Assembly: GCA_950097015.1 (NCBI GenBank)
Contig: CATNEN010000001.1
Coordinates: forward strand, 15,872,001-15,936,000
Length of the DNA stretch: 64,000 nt
Direction: 5' to 3'
Source: Macrostomum hystrix
Taxonomy: Eukaryota > Animalia > Platyhelminthes
The position numbers and the translations under genes were made by a program. This document shows, in pieces, positions 63,101 to 64,000 of this stretch; the stretch's first letter is position 1; each line of letters opens with the position of its first letter. Under the pieces are notes generated by a model. The model was not told the origin of the DNA. It saw nothing but the letters and a program-made list of their open reading frames with translations, and did not search any database.

Positions 63101-63433
63101 CCATCAATTTGAAAAATAGTAACGTCTATATTGAAGCATTGACTTAGAAGCGGTACTATTTCATCGGGGACTGCAACTCCTTGCGAGCCTGAAGCTCTCA
63201 AAAGTGAAGCACTTGAACCTTGCACAATAAATCCGCTTGCTTCTAAATTCAGTAAATAAGGCTGTGCGCGACGAGTGAGCTCCTGTCGCAAGGTGAAAGC
63301 ATCTGTGCTCAGCTCCGTATTTTTAAGTTGGTCACAGACGGCGTGAAAGAAGCAGTCGCCGTCACCAGGTACATTATGCACAGCAAAGTTTAGCAACGAT
63401 CGCGTTGGTGAAGCGTGGCTTGTGACGAGAGGC
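57109..63433 (-). CDS. Helitron OTU-Rep-Pif1 helicase gene (5' exons unresolved or off-window; one in-frame stop)
   Basis: Exons 63433-62768 (OTU: GDGDCFF..NEHY), 62528-61959 (C..C..CC..G), 61568-60802 (GGPRY, PDLFITMTANP, EFQKRG), 60473-60131 (LPHVH), 59723-58079 (KYVVKY, GGTGKS, DEAAM, GDFRQLLPV) and 57885-57109 (TIHKSQGQS, QLYVALSR). TGA at 57708-57706. Confidence 0.92.
60676..60741. repeat. 14-bp tandem repeat (AGGCTGACAGAGAC)n in a Helitron intron
   Basis: About 4.5 visible copies. Confidence 0.85.
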
Positions 63434-64000
63434 CTGTAGTTGGGAATATAAAGAAGCAGGATTTTTTAATACAATCGATATTTAACTACACTTTCAATCG
63501 GATGGGAAAAGATATAATTTTGAAGGCATTACAAAATATATAATTACACATAGAATTGCGTGGATATCAGGCAAGCGAGAATCGATGTTGGAGAGTATAC
63601 CTATTGCCAAATTCAAATACAAATTATATTCGTTGATCGATATCCATTATACTAATTCTTTATTTGCGTGTGCATGTCCCGCCTTCAATGCGTTTCCCGT
63701 TCACAGCTCGCAGTTCAAAGCCTCACAGATTCGCAACACCGACACCCCCTGTGTGACTACTGTAAGTAGGAATATCAGGAGCAAGTATGTACCTAAAGTT
63801 TTAATTAAAAGCCCCCATCTAAACAGCGTTTGTTATTTCTCATAGCCTTTTTTACTCACAAGCTGCTGGGTGAATCTACGTGCGTTCGCCGAGTTACACT
63901 GGAAATCCGCATGCGATCCAAGCGAGATTGGCGTTCTGATGCAGATTCAGATGCCCTTCGTTCAGCGGTTCGACTTTTCGAATTTTTAAGCCGATTGTCC

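Overview
Repeat-dense invertebrate-animal-type (metazoan) genomic DNA made almost entirely of nested transposable elements; the species cannot be determined from the sequence. From left to right: a decayed LINE with insertions, then a first CMC/EnSpm (CACTA-like) module with a DUF4806-like gene (-) head-to-head with an intronless transposase (+). Next, a 21-bp satellite is split by a very young 10.9-kb gag-pro-only LTR element with apparently identical 2342-bp LTRs, an orphan ORF3 and a spliced antisense gene. A Helitron head-to-tail junction lies at 27080/27081. The main discovery is a 24,354-bp CMC/EnSpm element (27937-52290) with 21-bp TIRs and an AT target-site duplication. Besides its transposase and DUF4806-like genes, it carries intact spliced genes for a PR-Set7/SETD8-like SET protein and an ETS-domain transcription factor, two orphan genes, a 3.4-kb 18-bp satellite and SINEs. 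This giant element appears to be inserted into the 3' region of a minus-strand Helitron encoding an OTU-Rep-Pif1 helicase fusion and an RPA70-like protein. All exon models were built by hand from GT/AG sites and frame continuity, and family names come from motif recognition, not database searches.
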